A stretch of DNA of 64,000 nucleotides from Patescibacteria group bacterium (GCA_018823885.1 JAHJHG010000001.1:42439-106438), one strand, 5' to 3'; positions 50,136 through 59,624 are shown, counted from the first letter of the stretch. The notes: generated from the letters alone by a model not told the origin. Translations and numbers: made by a program.

Positions 50136-51095
50136 TTAATCTCCGCCTTTACCATGGAATGCCGAATGGATATCGCGAAGGTGTTTGTGAGTTACGTGAG
50201 TATATATTTGAGTAGTTGAAACATTTTTGTGTCCCAACATCTCTTGCACACTCCTTAAGTCTGCACCTGCCATCAGAAGATCCGTAGCAAAACTGTGTCT
50301 CAGGACGTGTGGCGTAACATCAATCGGCAACTTCATTTTTCTAGAATATTTTTTAATCATTCTTTGAACGGATCGGGGAGAGAGCCGCATCTTTTCATCA
50401 GCAAGAGACGGATCCATTTTCCCCTTGTGGCGAACAAAAAGAGGTTTGTATCTGTCATTTCTAGCCTTTAGATATTTCTCTATCCATTCCACCGCTCTTG
50501 AAGACAAAAAGACAACTCTTGTTTTTCCACCCTTTCCCAATATTCCAAACTCCCTTCTTTTAAAATCAATTTTATCTCTATCAAGACTTACTAACTCCGA
50601 AACTCTCAATCCCGTTGAAAATAGAACTTCCAATATTGCCTTGTCTCTTTTCCCTTGAATAGTTGAAAGAGACGGGGCATTAAGAAGTCTATCGACTTGC
50701 TCTCCTGATAAAAATTTAATTTGCCTTTCGTTTATCTTAGGTAGTTCTATCTTGTCTGGGGACATAACCTCTAAATCATTTCTAATCATCCATTTTAAGA
50801 AGGATCTCAATGCAATAACATGGAACCCTTGTGTTTTTCTTGAAAGAGTGCCGCCTTTGCCATCTGAGATTCTTGAAAGATAAACCCTGTACTGTCTTAT
50901 AACTTCCGGGTTAATGTCCTTTGGGGTTTGTCTGATCCCTGCTTTCTCCATCCAAGAACAAAGACGATTTAAATAATGTTTATAGTTCCTGATGGTTAGG
51001 GGAGAGGCACCTTTTTCAATTTCTAAATATTCCAAAAAATTATTACAGAGTTTTATTAAAGGAGAAACTTTTTTTGACGATTGGACAGTCGGCAT
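50136..51095 (-). CDS. Tyrosine recombinase XerC/XerD family
   Basis: STGLRVSEL, GKGGKTR, HVLRHSFAT, LGH, TQIYTHV; N-terminal SAM-like domain. Confidence 0.93.
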   Translation of the reverse strand: MPTVQSSKKVSPLIKLCNNFLEYLEIEKGASPLTIRNYKHYLNRLCSWMEKAGIRQTPKDINPEVIRQYRVYLSRISDGKGGTLSRKTQGFHVIALRSFLKWMIRNDLEVMSPDKIELPKINERQIKFLSGEQVDRLLNAPSLSTIQGKRDKAILEVLFSTGLRVSELVSLDRDKIDFKRREFGILGKGGKTRVVFLSSRAVEWIEKYLKARNDRYKPLFVRHKGKMDPSLADEKMRLSPRSVQRMIKKYSRKMKLPIDVTPHVLRHSFATDLLMAGADLRSVQEMLGHKNVSTTQIYTHVTHKHLRDIHSAFHGKGGD

Positions 51096-51187
51096 TTTTA
51101 GAAAAGTTAATTGTTAAATAGGGAAGACCCTATATAAAAAATTAACATAACCAACGCAGGTTGTCAATATTGTGCGACATAGAGAGA

Positions 51188-51862
51188 CTAAGCACGAAAG
51201 AGAGTATTTTGGGCGTCATGCAGCGTTGGAGGCTGGTTGTTGTCTCCAACTATCCTTATCATTTTATCTCCAATAAAATCATCAAGAGCTGAATCATTGT
51301 TAAGTAAAATAACCAATGCATCAGTGTGGTTAATGATCACTTCTGCATGATGAAGCGCGTCTTCGAAAAACGCGTTAACCCCCAAAAGACCTATCATCCT
51401 TGCTTTAAAAATCTCTCCCTTCATTTTATCGTTTTCTCTAATAATAATTTGGTCTCTCTTTATCCATGGCATTTTTTCTTCATACCATTCAAATGTACTT
51501 TGCCTATAACTGGGAAGTCTTGAAGTTATTATTGGAAAAAATATTTTCCTATCGGCAAGTTGTTTTGTAATTTCAACAGCACCGGGCATTGGTCTTGCGC
51601 GCAATAAAATATCGGGCCTTTTAAACCAAAGATAATTATCAATCTCTAAGGCCGCTTTTTTACTTATTCCAAAATCTTCTTCGGCCCATCTTGCTAAAGT
51701 GCGATATTCTCGCATTTCATCAACAGTATGATTGGTTCTAAAAATTCTATTATATTCATCTACGACCGGCGTCCTTGTATTTGCGATAACCCCGTCATGA
51801 TCAAAACCGATTTTGTGTTTTTTGAAAAAATCTTCTGGACTTTGCAATTTTTCTTTTGACAT
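51188..51862 (-). CDS. HAD-superfamily 5'(3')-deoxyribonucleotidase-like protein
   Basis: FDHDGVIA, ITSR, K, FFED motifs. Confidence 0.8.
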   Translation of the reverse strand: MSKEKLQSPEDFFKKHKIGFDHDGVIANTRTPVVDEYNRIFRTNHTVDEMREYRTLARWAEEDFGISKKAALEIDNYLWFKRPDILLRARPMPGAVEITKQLADRKIFFPIITSRLPSYRQSTFEWYEEKMPWIKRDQIIIRENDKMKGEIFKARMIGLLGVNAFFEDALHHAEVIINHTDALVILLNNDSALDDFIGDKMIRIVGDNNQPPTLHDAQNTLFRA

Positions 51863-52019
51863 CGAAATGCGATTGTAACAAAAACGCGACGATTTATCGA
51901 CACAAAGACAAAGCTATCGCTTTCTGAAATCAATTCTAAGAACATGATAAAAGAAAAGATAGACAACTAATCGTCTCAACAAGCTTCATTAACAATAATT
52001 GATAAAAAATATTAAATCA

Positions 52020-52656
52020 TTAAAGATTTACCAAAACCGGGGGAGAGGGGTAAAAGCATCAAAATTTATTTTCGGTTTTTGTTTGGAGAGGTTATTTAGA
52101 GATAAATCGTAAACGGAGGATTATAAATATATTTTGTAACATTTCCAAAACCATTCTGGGACAAAGGCTTTGAGAGTAGTAGAAAACACCCGCCCACCCC
52201 TATGATTTTATATACGTCGCAAAAGTATCATTGTGCGACTATATACGAATTGCCCTCCACTCCATATTCCTGTCAAAAGATTTAGGGACACATTCTTTTA
52301 AGAGAAGACCAATGCTTAGTTGTATCTCTCTGGTTGCTCTCTAAAGGCCTTGTTCTCCCAACTTGATACCTGTCTTCATTAAGAACAAGAGAGTCTCGAT
52401 AGGGGCTTTTTGGCACTCTCCACTCAGGATTAGTTATCCACAAAGGGGACGTAATAAGCTCGACTCACTACTTTTCGTGCCTGATAACTATATCATTCCG
52501 TATCAATTGTCCTTCGGTTTATCTTTGGCAACGTCGCTATTTGTCATCCCGTGAAAAAATACCATAAATATCGTGAAAACTCCCCCTCTGCCGCATTCTA
52601 TGAAGATAAATTATAGGACATCTACTACCCTCCTCCCCTCCCGGATGGGTCTTTAA
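52020..52656 (+). ncRNA. Candidate large structured non-coding RNA (~640 nt), family unknown
   Basis: No credible ORF; three nested long-range helices join the two ends with G-U pairs on the + strand; several internal stems. Confidence 0.45.
52214..52241. other. dif-like Xer recombination/binding site (11-6-11)
   Basis: ACGTCGCAAAA-GTATCA-TTGTGCGACTA; arms resemble the XerC arm GGTGCGCATAA; 1.1 kb from the xer gene. Confidence 0.55.
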
Positions 52657-52693
52657 AATTTAGAAGATTTCAGTAAAACAAGATTTATTTAAT

Positions 52694-53491
52694 TTAGCCT
52701 CCCCAGTGAGTTGCGAAAAACATTCCTATAAACACAAAAGCGCCCACAAAAAGGTATTCCCTAACTGTCTGCGCAAAAAGCCTAGCCTCAAGCTTCGCCT
52801 GTCCCAAGCCTAGTAATATATATGCAGCAACAGTCAGAAAGAGTGATCCTACAACCACAGTCACTGGCCAGAAGAATAGGCTTACAGCCACTTCCCCCAC
52901 AATAATGCTTGCCACAACAGACATCATAATAAGATCTTTGGAAATTTTTCTCTCAAGCGGGATTGTCCAAAACCCCTGCAGGAATAAAGGGAATGACGCG
53001 AACGCTGAAAATATGCTTGTAATTATAATTGACGCTTTTAGTGACAAGATTGTGTCAAAAATAAGGAAAGAGGTCACCAAAGTGAGTACAAAACCAACTC
53101 CCCTAGCTGCCCTTAACAAAGCAATCGTTCTTATTGTAGCAACCGTATAAATATTTGTAGTTAGGCAAAGCGCATATATACCCAACCCGTAAAAGATAAC
53201 CGCGGGGAGTCTGGCAAACACATTAGTCGGAAGAAGAAACCAAAAAAGCCCAACGCCAATTGTAAAAAGTGTTGGCAAAACTAAAGCCAGTAATGTTAAA
53301 TTTTTCCCCAAGCCTTCTCTTAGTGACCAGGCAAAGAGTATTAGGGTTAATAATCCCAACGCGCCAATCGTAAAAAATCTAAATTGATTTTCGATAAAAA
53401 GGCCATCTCTTGAAGTACTTATTAGTTGAATTGCAATAAAGCCTAAAGAGAGAGTAATCGATGTTATAAAAAATCTTTTTCTTTTACTCAT
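52694..53491 (-). CDS. Polytopic membrane protein, hypothetical
   Basis: About 8-9 TM helices; overlaps yebC. Confidence 0.75.
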   Translation of the reverse strand: MSKRKRFFITSITLSLGFIAIQLISTSRDGLFIENQFRFFTIGALGLLTLILFAWSLREGLGKNLTLLALVLPTLFTIGVGLFWFLLPTNVFARLPAVIFYGLGIYALCLTTNIYTVATIRTIALLRAARGVGFVLTLVTSFLIFDTILSLKASIIITSIFSAFASFPLFLQGFWTIPLERKISKDLIMMSVVASIIVGEVAVSLFFWPVTVVVGSLFLTVAAYILLGLGQAKLEARLFAQTVREYLFVGAFVFIGMFFATHWGG

Positions 53492-54230
53492 TTGCTATTT
53501 TTTCTAAAATATCTTCTGGAATATCAAAATTAGCAAACACTTTCTGAACATCGTCGTGTTTTTCTAAATTGTCCAAGAGAGAAAGAACCTTACTTGCCTT
53601 TTTCTCGTCCACCAGTGATTGATAGTTTTTCGGTTTTTGTACCAACTCTGTTGAAATTATGTTGAAACCTTTTCCTTCTAATTTTTCTCTAGTTTGACTG
53701 AGAACATTCGCATCAACATATACCTCAATCCCATCACTTGATTCTTCCATATCCTCTACATCAAGATCTATTAGCGTTAACATTTGTTCTTCTGTATTTT
53801 TATCTTTTTTTACTATCAAAAACCCCCTAGGCTCAAAGTTAAAAGATACTGCCCCAGGACCAGCTAAGCTTCCTCCCCCTTTTTCGAATATATTTTTAAT
53901 TTCTTGTCCGGATCGATTTCTATTATCAGTGGCCACCTCGACCATTATCGCAACACCTTCGGGACCAAATCCCTCATATGTTACTTCTTCAAGCGCCCCC
54001 CCTGCTGTGCCCTTAGATATTGCTCGTTCAATATTTACCTTCGGCATGTTTAGCGCTCTGGCTTTATCAATAGCTACTCTTAATTTATAGTTTGATTCCG
54101 GAACTGGTCCTCCCCCTGTCTTTACAGCAATAGATATAGCTCGAGTCAGTTTTGAAAACACCTGGCCCTTTGCGGCATCATTGGACTCTTTTTGTCTTTT
54201 GATTGTTGAATAATGTGAATGCCCACTCAT
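53484..54230 (-). CDS. yebC: YebC/PmpR family protein
   Basis: MSGHS, YEGFGPEG, TDNRNR, DDVQKVF.N. Confidence 0.93.
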   Translation of the reverse strand: MSGHSHYSTIKRQKESNDAAKGQVFSKLTRAISIAVKTGGGPVPESNYKLRVAIDKARALNMPKVNIERAISKGTAGGALEEVTYEGFGPEGVAIMVEVATDNRNRSGQEIKNIFEKGGGSLAGPGAVSFNFEPRGFLIVKKDKNTEEQMLTLIDLDVEDMEESSDGIEVYVDANVLSQTREKLEGKGFNIISTELVQKPKNYQSLVDEKKASKVLSLLDNLEKHDDVQKVFANFDIPEDILEKIANE

Positions 54231-54267
54231 TTCAAGTGTAATTATATACGAAAACATACCGCAGCCC

Positions 54268-54315
54268 AAAGAAAAAGGCGCCTCTCGCAATAAACATTAC
54301 TACTGCGAGGGCGCC
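54268..54315 (-). terminator. Intrinsic terminator
   Basis: GGCGCCCTCGCA/TGCGAGAGGCGCC stem with T tail on the minus strand. Confidence 0.75.
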
Positions 54316-54374
54316 ACACTCCTTTGCACACAATGCAAGCATTACACAAACGTCAAGGATGAAATCCAACGATG

Positions 54375-54590
54375 TTATTCCCCCTGACTCTCCGCCTTAT
54401 CGATTATGGAAAGCCAGTCGGATACTGTTGTAATAATGTTTGTAATTGACAACAGTACTAAGCCACCAGCGAACAACAATATTGCAATTATTCTTTCGCT
54501 ATCTGCTGGTGAATATCGGGACATTAAAAAAGCTCCCAACATGAGCGATACTACCCCAATAATTACAAGTACATTGAATGTTTTGTTCAT
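54375..54590 (-). CDS. Small two-TM protein
   Basis: SD AGGAGG; two hydrophobic helices. Confidence 0.65.
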   Translation of the reverse strand: MNKTFNVLVIIGVVSLMLGAFLMSRYSPADSERIIAILLFAGGLVLLSITNIITTVSDWLSIIDKAESQGE

Positions 54591-54849
54591 TTCTCCTCCT
54601 AGTATGTGGAATGTTAACGATCTTTTGAGTTAAAAAGCCTGCCAATTACCTTTTCGGTAAGCATGTCATAGGCCTAAATTAGAGCGAACAAATAATATAC
54701 CACACGACATGCTCTCAAGTCCAACTATAGGCCGAGTGTTCTCCCCTCTCACTATCTCCCCTATTAATCCAAAGTCATGAACTGTCCATAGCCTCTTGAC
54801 AACGCTCTTATCATATCTATACTCAGAATGAGTTGCGACGTTAAATATC

Positions 54850-55545
54850 ATGCACCAAAACCTTGCCCAAAAAGCAATTTCCGCGGCCCTAATGGCAAAC
54901 TGGAATGATGCTTTGAAACTAAACAAACAAGTCCTCAAAGACGATCCAAAAGATGTCGATGCTCTAAATCGACTTGCAAGAGCCTACTCTGAGCTAGGAG
55001 AAATTATTAAAGCAAAGAATATTGCCCAAAAAGTAATGACTATTGATCCTCATAATACAATTGCCGCAAAAGCACTAGAAAAATGGAAAGGCCTAAAGAA
55101 AGGAAAAATAGCGGGCCCAACAAAATTTTCAGCAAGGGCATTTTTAGAAGAGCCTGGTAAAACCAAAATTGTAACACTTCTCCACTTAGGTGATTGCAAT
55201 AAGGTCCTAGCGAATTTAGACTCTGGAGACGAGGTAATGCTCAAACTAGGGAACCATAGAATCTCAGTTTGTACTCTAAACAAAAAATATATTGGACGTT
55301 TGCCAGATGATGTTTCGGTAAGCTTGATAAAATTGATCAAAGGTGGAAATAAATACCAGGCCTTTATTAAATCCTCTAGGCCTCAAGAAGTAAACGTATT
55401 TATACGCGAAACCAAAAGAGCCAAAGAGCTCGCCGATGTTCCTTCCTTTTCCTCAGAAAAAATTAATTATATATCCTTTACCCCCCCGGAACTCGTCCAC
55501 AAAAAACAATCTATTAAGGCAATGGGTATAGACGACGAAGATTAA
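54850..55545 (+). CDS. TPR protein with C-terminal HIRAN-like domain
   Basis: ALNRLARAYSELG TPR; YIGRLPDDVS HIRAN-like motif. Confidence 0.7.
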   Translation: MHQNLAQKAISAALMANWNDALKLNKQVLKDDPKDVDALNRLARAYSELGEIIKAKNIAQKVMTIDPHNTIAAKALEKWKGLKKGKIAGPTKFSARAFLEEPGKTKIVTLLHLGDCNKVLANLDSGDEVMLKLGNHRISVCTLNKKYIGRLPDDVSVSLIKLIKGGNKYQAFIKSSRPQEVNVFIRETKRAKELADVPSFSSEKINYISFTPPELVHKKQSIKAMGIDDED

Positions 55546-56474
55546 AACCTCTTAGGAAAATCCCTCCCAATCTTTATCTCCAAATCAAAATTTCCTTCTG
55601 GGGCAGTCTTCAGTTTTTTACAAGAGAAGACTTGTGCAATTTCCTCAAGTAGTTCTTTTTCTTTCCCTCTCACTTCGCAGTCGCCATCGTCAGCTTCTTC
55701 TTTCTTTATATTAGCTAATTTAATACCCATTACTTCAAAAACTTCTCCAATTTCTTCTGCTGTGTTTGCTTTTCCCGTTGCATCAAGTATTACTACAGTT
55801 GTTCCCTCGCTAGAAATATTTGGGTTAGAAAACAGCGCGATAATATAATTTGGCAATCTGCCAGCCAAAACATACCCCTCTTCCCCCCCTATGAGGGTGA
55901 CTTTTTTAAGAATATTGCCTTCCGAAAAATCTATATTTTCCCTTTTTAAATTTTTAATTCTGAGAGAAAATAGCCCCAATTTAAGCCTGTCCCCTATCCC
56001 TAAATTTGTTTTATATGGCAATAGGCTTGCCTTGATAATTCCCACCAAATCACCATCAGCAAACCCTAAGGCAGGAGCATCCGCCCAAGCGGACACCGGA
56101 AACTTGAAATATTTAACTACAGTTTCTGCCAAAAGCCTTCCTTCCAAATCTTCATTTTCCCCAAGTTCTCGCACGCTCCCCAGTTTCCAACGACCTAGTT
56201 GTCTGGCTACATCCACCTCAGTATCCTTGGGAATGATAATGTTAGTAATCTTTTCAAGCCCAGGATCAAACACTGAAATGACCACTTCTCCGCTTTCATT
56301 GCAAATTACTAAGAACGTTTTTGCTGAAGATTTCCAAAATCTCGTTTGAAAAGTAATCAGAAGAAATATCAATAACGGGACGAGGAGAATAAATAGCCAT
56401 TTGACATAACTATTTTTTCCATTCCTTTTCGCCTTTTGCTTAGCACGTTTTTTTCTTCTTTGGGCAGGTGACAT
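55542..56474 (-). CDS. Membrane-anchored degenerate LCP / LytR C-terminal domain protein
   Basis: TM, IIIPKDT, VVILDATG, DLEIKIGRDF. Confidence 0.55.
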   Translation of the reverse strand: MSPAQRRKKRAKQKAKRNGKNSYVKWLFILLVPLLIFLLITFQTRFWKSSAKTFLVICNESGEVVISVFDPGLEKITNIIIPKDTEVDVARQLGRWKLGSVRELGENEDLEGRLLAETVVKYFKFPVSAWADAPALGFADGDLVGIIKASLLPYKTNLGIGDRLKLGLFSLRIKNLKRENIDFSEGNILKKVTLIGGEEGYVLAGRLPNYIIALFSNPNISSEGTTVVILDATGKANTAEEIGEVFEVMGIKLANIKKEEADDGDCEVRGKEKELLEEIAQVFSCKKLKTAPEGNFDLEIKIGRDFPKRF

Positions 56475-56570
56475 ACTATTCGCAAAATTAGTACCTAAAT
56501 CATTTTGAATTTATCTCGGCTATATCTAGTTTAGATTAAAATCTAGCCTTGTGTAAAGAAGCATGAAAAG

Positions 56571-57278
56571 TTAATCAGTCAATAGAGTAAGTTTTTGTAA
56601 CACTTTCCCCAAATCGTTAGGAAGATCCGCCTGAAAGGTTAATTTCTTGTTTGTTCTCGGGTGAACAAAGGAGATATTTTTGGCGTGCAAGAATAGCCTT
56701 GGACACCAAGTTATATCTTTTCTTGAAGTTTTTCGGCCAGCATAAAATTCGTCCGCCACAAGAGGATAGCCTAAATACTTCATATGAATCCTAATTTGGT
56801 GGGTTCTTCCCGTCTTAGGAAAAACATTAACTAGGCTGAATATATCTTTGTCCTTTTTATAGTAATTAATCACTTCATAATTAGTTTCTGCTGAGCGTCC
56901 GCCAGGCAGAACACCAAAACGCTCTCTATTCCATGGGAGTCTGCCAACCGGTGCTTTTATTTGACCTTTTTTTATCTCGATTTTTCCGTGAACTAAGCAT
57001 TGATAGCTTTTTTCCACGCTTCTCTCTTTAAACTGCCTTTGAATATCTTCAAAGGCTTTCGTAGTCTTAGCAACGATCATGATTCCACTAGTCCCCTTGT
57101 CGAGTCTGTGAACTATACCTGCTCGTCCACCTATCCCCTCATCTTTGAGTTTTAAATATTCTTCAAGCCAATCTTGAACCGTAGGTTCTTTTGTCGTATT
57201 GGCTCTATTCACTACCATTCCAGACGGTTTATTAAGTAGCAAAAGATCTTTGTCTTCAAATATTATTTTCGTATCCAT
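56571..57278 (-). CDS. RluA/RluD family pseudouridine synthase
   Basis: NKPSG, HRLDKGTSG, TGRTHQIR, LFLHA. Confidence 0.93.
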   Translation of the reverse strand: MDTKIIFEDKDLLLLNKPSGMVVNRANTTKEPTVQDWLEEYLKLKDEGIGGRAGIVHRLDKGTSGIMIVAKTTKAFEDIQRQFKERSVEKSYQCLVHGKIEIKKGQIKAPVGRLPWNRERFGVLPGGRSAETNYEVINYYKKDKDIFSLVNVFPKTGRTHQIRIHMKYLGYPLVADEFYAGRKTSRKDITWCPRLFLHAKNISFVHPRTNKKLTFQADLPNDLGKVLQKLTLLTD

Positions 57279-57303
57279 ATTTATATAGTATCATCTGAGA
57301 AAT

Positions 57304-57323
57304 AAAAAACCGCCTTCCGGCGG
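57304..57323 (-). terminator. Intrinsic terminator
   Basis: CCGCC/GGCGG stem, T6 on the minus strand. Confidence 0.6.
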
Positions 57324-57354
57324 CTATTTACCAAATCATCATCAGAATCACTAA

Positions 57355-57774
57355 CTACTTTTCTCTTTTTGCCTGACACTTAGCGCAAAGAGTTGCCTCG
57401 GGATAAACCGTCAGTCTATCCGTGTCAATCATCTTGTCACAATCTTCACAGTGGCCATACTTCCCAATTTTAATACGAGTTAAGGCTTTCTTTGTCTGTA
57501 TTGCTTTTCGTTCTAGTTGTTCTTTTATTGCCGATGTTCTCGCGTGACCAAATTGCTCGGCAGCATCCGTATCAGGGGCCGCATTGTCTAAAATCCTTGA
57601 GGTGTCTTTAAAAGGATCTTCTTTTTCTATTTCTTTTTTTGTTTTCTCTAGTTTCTTCAACCTTCCCTGTAAAAACCTACCAATAGGAGCAAGGAGTTTT
57701 GCAGGAATCTGAATAACACCACCTTTTCCTTTGACCTTTTTTTGCTTTCTTTTTGCTTTTTTCTTTTTCTTCAT
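57355..57774 (-). CDS. TraR/DksA C4 zinc-finger protein
   Basis: GKYGHCEDC...RL...P.A.LCAKC. Confidence 0.88.
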   Translation of the reverse strand: MKKKKKAKRKQKKVKGKGGVIQIPAKLLAPIGRFLQGRLKKLEKTKKEIEKEDPFKDTSRILDNAAPDTDAAEQFGHARTSAIKEQLERKAIQTKKALTRIKIGKYGHCEDCDKMIDTDRLTVYPEATLCAKCQAKREK

Positions 57775-58373
57775 GTTTGTTGTCTTGATAAGTTAAATAC
57801 CAATAAAAATGAAGTGAAGGCAATCACTCCAGATATAATACTATCTATTGAACCCAAAAAGGATAGCATAGAAGGAAAGCCAACTGCAACTGCCGTCCTT
57901 ATTAAAAATAAAACCCCTAATGTTGTTAAACCAGAGAAGCCTACCTTCCCAGACTTATACCATGTAAATTTCTTGTAATGTGCGTCAAGAAAAGCATAGA
58001 AAGCCATAATCAAAAGCAAAATTATAAAGGCAATAAGTGAAGACAAACTAGTGCTTAAGATAGCGTCTTGCAAAAAGATAAATGAGAACCATGGTAACAA
58101 ACCAATGGTTGTCGCTTCCAGGCTTTCGAAAAATCTAAATTTAAACTTTAGTCTTCCAAGTATAAAGCCCAGAATCACGCCCAGACAATCTGCCCAAAAC
58201 CACCATTGTGGTAGTATTCTTTGGGAAACGAAATTAAATATTCCTATACCCGCTACGATAAATACAGCAAAGGTGAAAATACTTTCCGAATCATAATCTT
58301 CCTTTAATTTTTTCCAAAATATAAAGAAGAAAAACAATACTCCAGATATGTTAAATAGTATTTTTGCAATCAT
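57771..58373 (-). CDS. Membrane protein, divergent Lgt-like
   Basis: About 7 TM; FTWYKSGKVG motif; canonical Lgt signature not visible. Confidence 0.45.
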   Translation of the reverse strand: MIAKILFNISGVLFFFFIFWKKLKEDYDSESIFTFAVFIVAGIGIFNFVSQRILPQWWFWADCLGVILGFILGRLKFKFRFFESLEATTIGLLPWFSFIFLQDAILSTSLSSLIAFIILLLIMAFYAFLDAHYKKFTWYKSGKVGFSGLTTLGVLFLIRTAVAVGFPSMLSFLGSIDSIISGVIAFTSFLLVFNLSRQQT

Positions 58374-58464
58374 GTTACGAACGTATTAACTAAAGTATAT
58401 CAAGTTCTCAAGGCTTCTCCCATATTTGACTTGAACAGCGCGCAAGCGCTATCATTTTTACATT

Positions 58465-58926
58465 GTGTTAGAAACACCCCATGTCGCAGTAGGGGCAGCA
58501 ATCGCTACAAAGGTAGTAAACCCTATCCTTGCAATACCTTTGGCTTTTGGAAGCCATTTCCTTCTTGAAAAAATACCTCATTGGAATCCCCACCTTAATA
58601 CAGAAACAGAAAAATACGGTAAGCCCACCCAAAAAAGTACTGCGGTTGTAATTATCGATGTTTGTGCATCTCTTGCTCTTGGATTTTTTATAGCTTCCAA
58701 AGCACTTCCCAACACCTCTCATGCAGCAACTATTTTAGTTGCATCTTTTGCTTCCGTATTGCCGGATATAATTGAAGGCCCTTACTTTTTCTTAGGAATA
58801 AGAAATAAATTTATTAAGAAGTGGATTATATTCCAAAAATCACTTCAGGAAGATACAAATATCATCCCGGGGCTTTTAACTCAAGCTCTTACAATCTTTG
58901 CCGCTCTTTGGTGGATTTTTGCTTGA
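58465..58926 (+). CDS. Membrane-bound metal-dependent hydrolase-like protein
   Basis: TPH..VG, SHFLLEKIPHW, LPD motifs. Confidence 0.65.
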   Translation: MLETPHVAVGAAIATKVVNPILAIPLAFGSHFLLEKIPHWNPHLNTETEKYGKPTQKSTAVVIIDVCASLALGFFIASKALPNTSHAATILVASFASVLPDIIEGPYFFLGIRNKFIKKWIIFQKSLQEDTNIIPGLLTQALTIFAALWWIFA

Positions 58927-58932
58927 GGCCCA

Positions 58933-59499
58933 TTATTTATCGCTTATTCTCTCAACATACTCCCCTTTTCGCGTATCCACCCTTATTTTGTCACCTATCT
59001 TAATAAACAAAGGGACCTTGAGTTGTAAATCATTTTCCAGGGTTGCGGATTTATATAAATTGGTTGCAGAATTACCCTTCACTCCAGGGGCTGTATCAAC
59101 CACTTTAAGAGTTACTTTAGGGAGTATTTCAATAGAAAGTGGCCTATCATCCCAAAAAAGTATATCTGCATTTTCCCCTTCTTTAATATATGAGAGTTCT
59201 TCCCTGGCCAAATCTGTAGGAATTTCAACTTGACCGAATGTCTTCGGGTCCATAAACACAGCATTTTTATCATCACTGTAAAGATATTGCATGCTTTTCT
59301 TCTGAGTATTAATATCTTCAACCTTTGCCGCGGAATTTATGGTTTTTTCTACTTGAGAACCAGATTCAAGATTACGAACAACTAATTTCACCAATCCTCC
59401 TCCCCTGCCAATTTTCTGGTGGGTATATTTAATCACCTTAAATGGTTTTCCATCCATCAAAAAAGTCGTTCCATTTTTTAAGTTTGTTGCTTCAATCAT
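58933..59499 (-). CDS. efp: Elongation factor P
   Basis: MQYLY, PGVKGNSA, KSATLE, VPLFI, VDTR..EYVER. Confidence 0.95.
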   Translation of the reverse strand: MIEATNLKNGTTFLMDGKPFKVIKYTHQKIGRGGGLVKLVVRNLESGSQVEKTINSAAKVEDINTQKKSMQYLYSDDKNAVFMDPKTFGQVEIPTDLAREELSYIKEGENADILFWDDRPLSIEILPKVTLKVVDTAPGVKGNSATNLYKSATLENDLQLKVPLFIKIGDKIRVDTRKGEYVERISDK

Positions 59500-59624
59500 T
59501 TTTCGTTTTTATCAGATGTCATTTTATATTTAATAAATACCTAAAACAAGGCCATTTCTTTGAAACAATGCATACATTTGATAAAATACTCATATCCAGT
59601 CAAAGTGTTGGATATTTTCTTCGC

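Noticed and set aside
48995-51095. Classical integron (IntI plus attC cassettes)
   Set aside because: The recombinase looks like housekeeping XerC/D with no IntI-specific insertion visible, and the repeats lack clear RYYYAAC/GTTRRRY boxes; kept only as a cassette-like motif
52434-52442. oriC based on a DnaA box TTATCCACA
   Set aside because: Single box, no cluster seen, no dnaA or dnaN nearby
52363-52554. 63-aa ORF from the track
   Set aside because: TTG start, no SD, no recognisable protein features; lies in the structured region
52020-52656. RNase P RNA, tmRNA, or group I/II intron
   Set aside because: No GAGGAAAGUCC, no tRNA-like ends, no P7/S pair or domain V found on either strand
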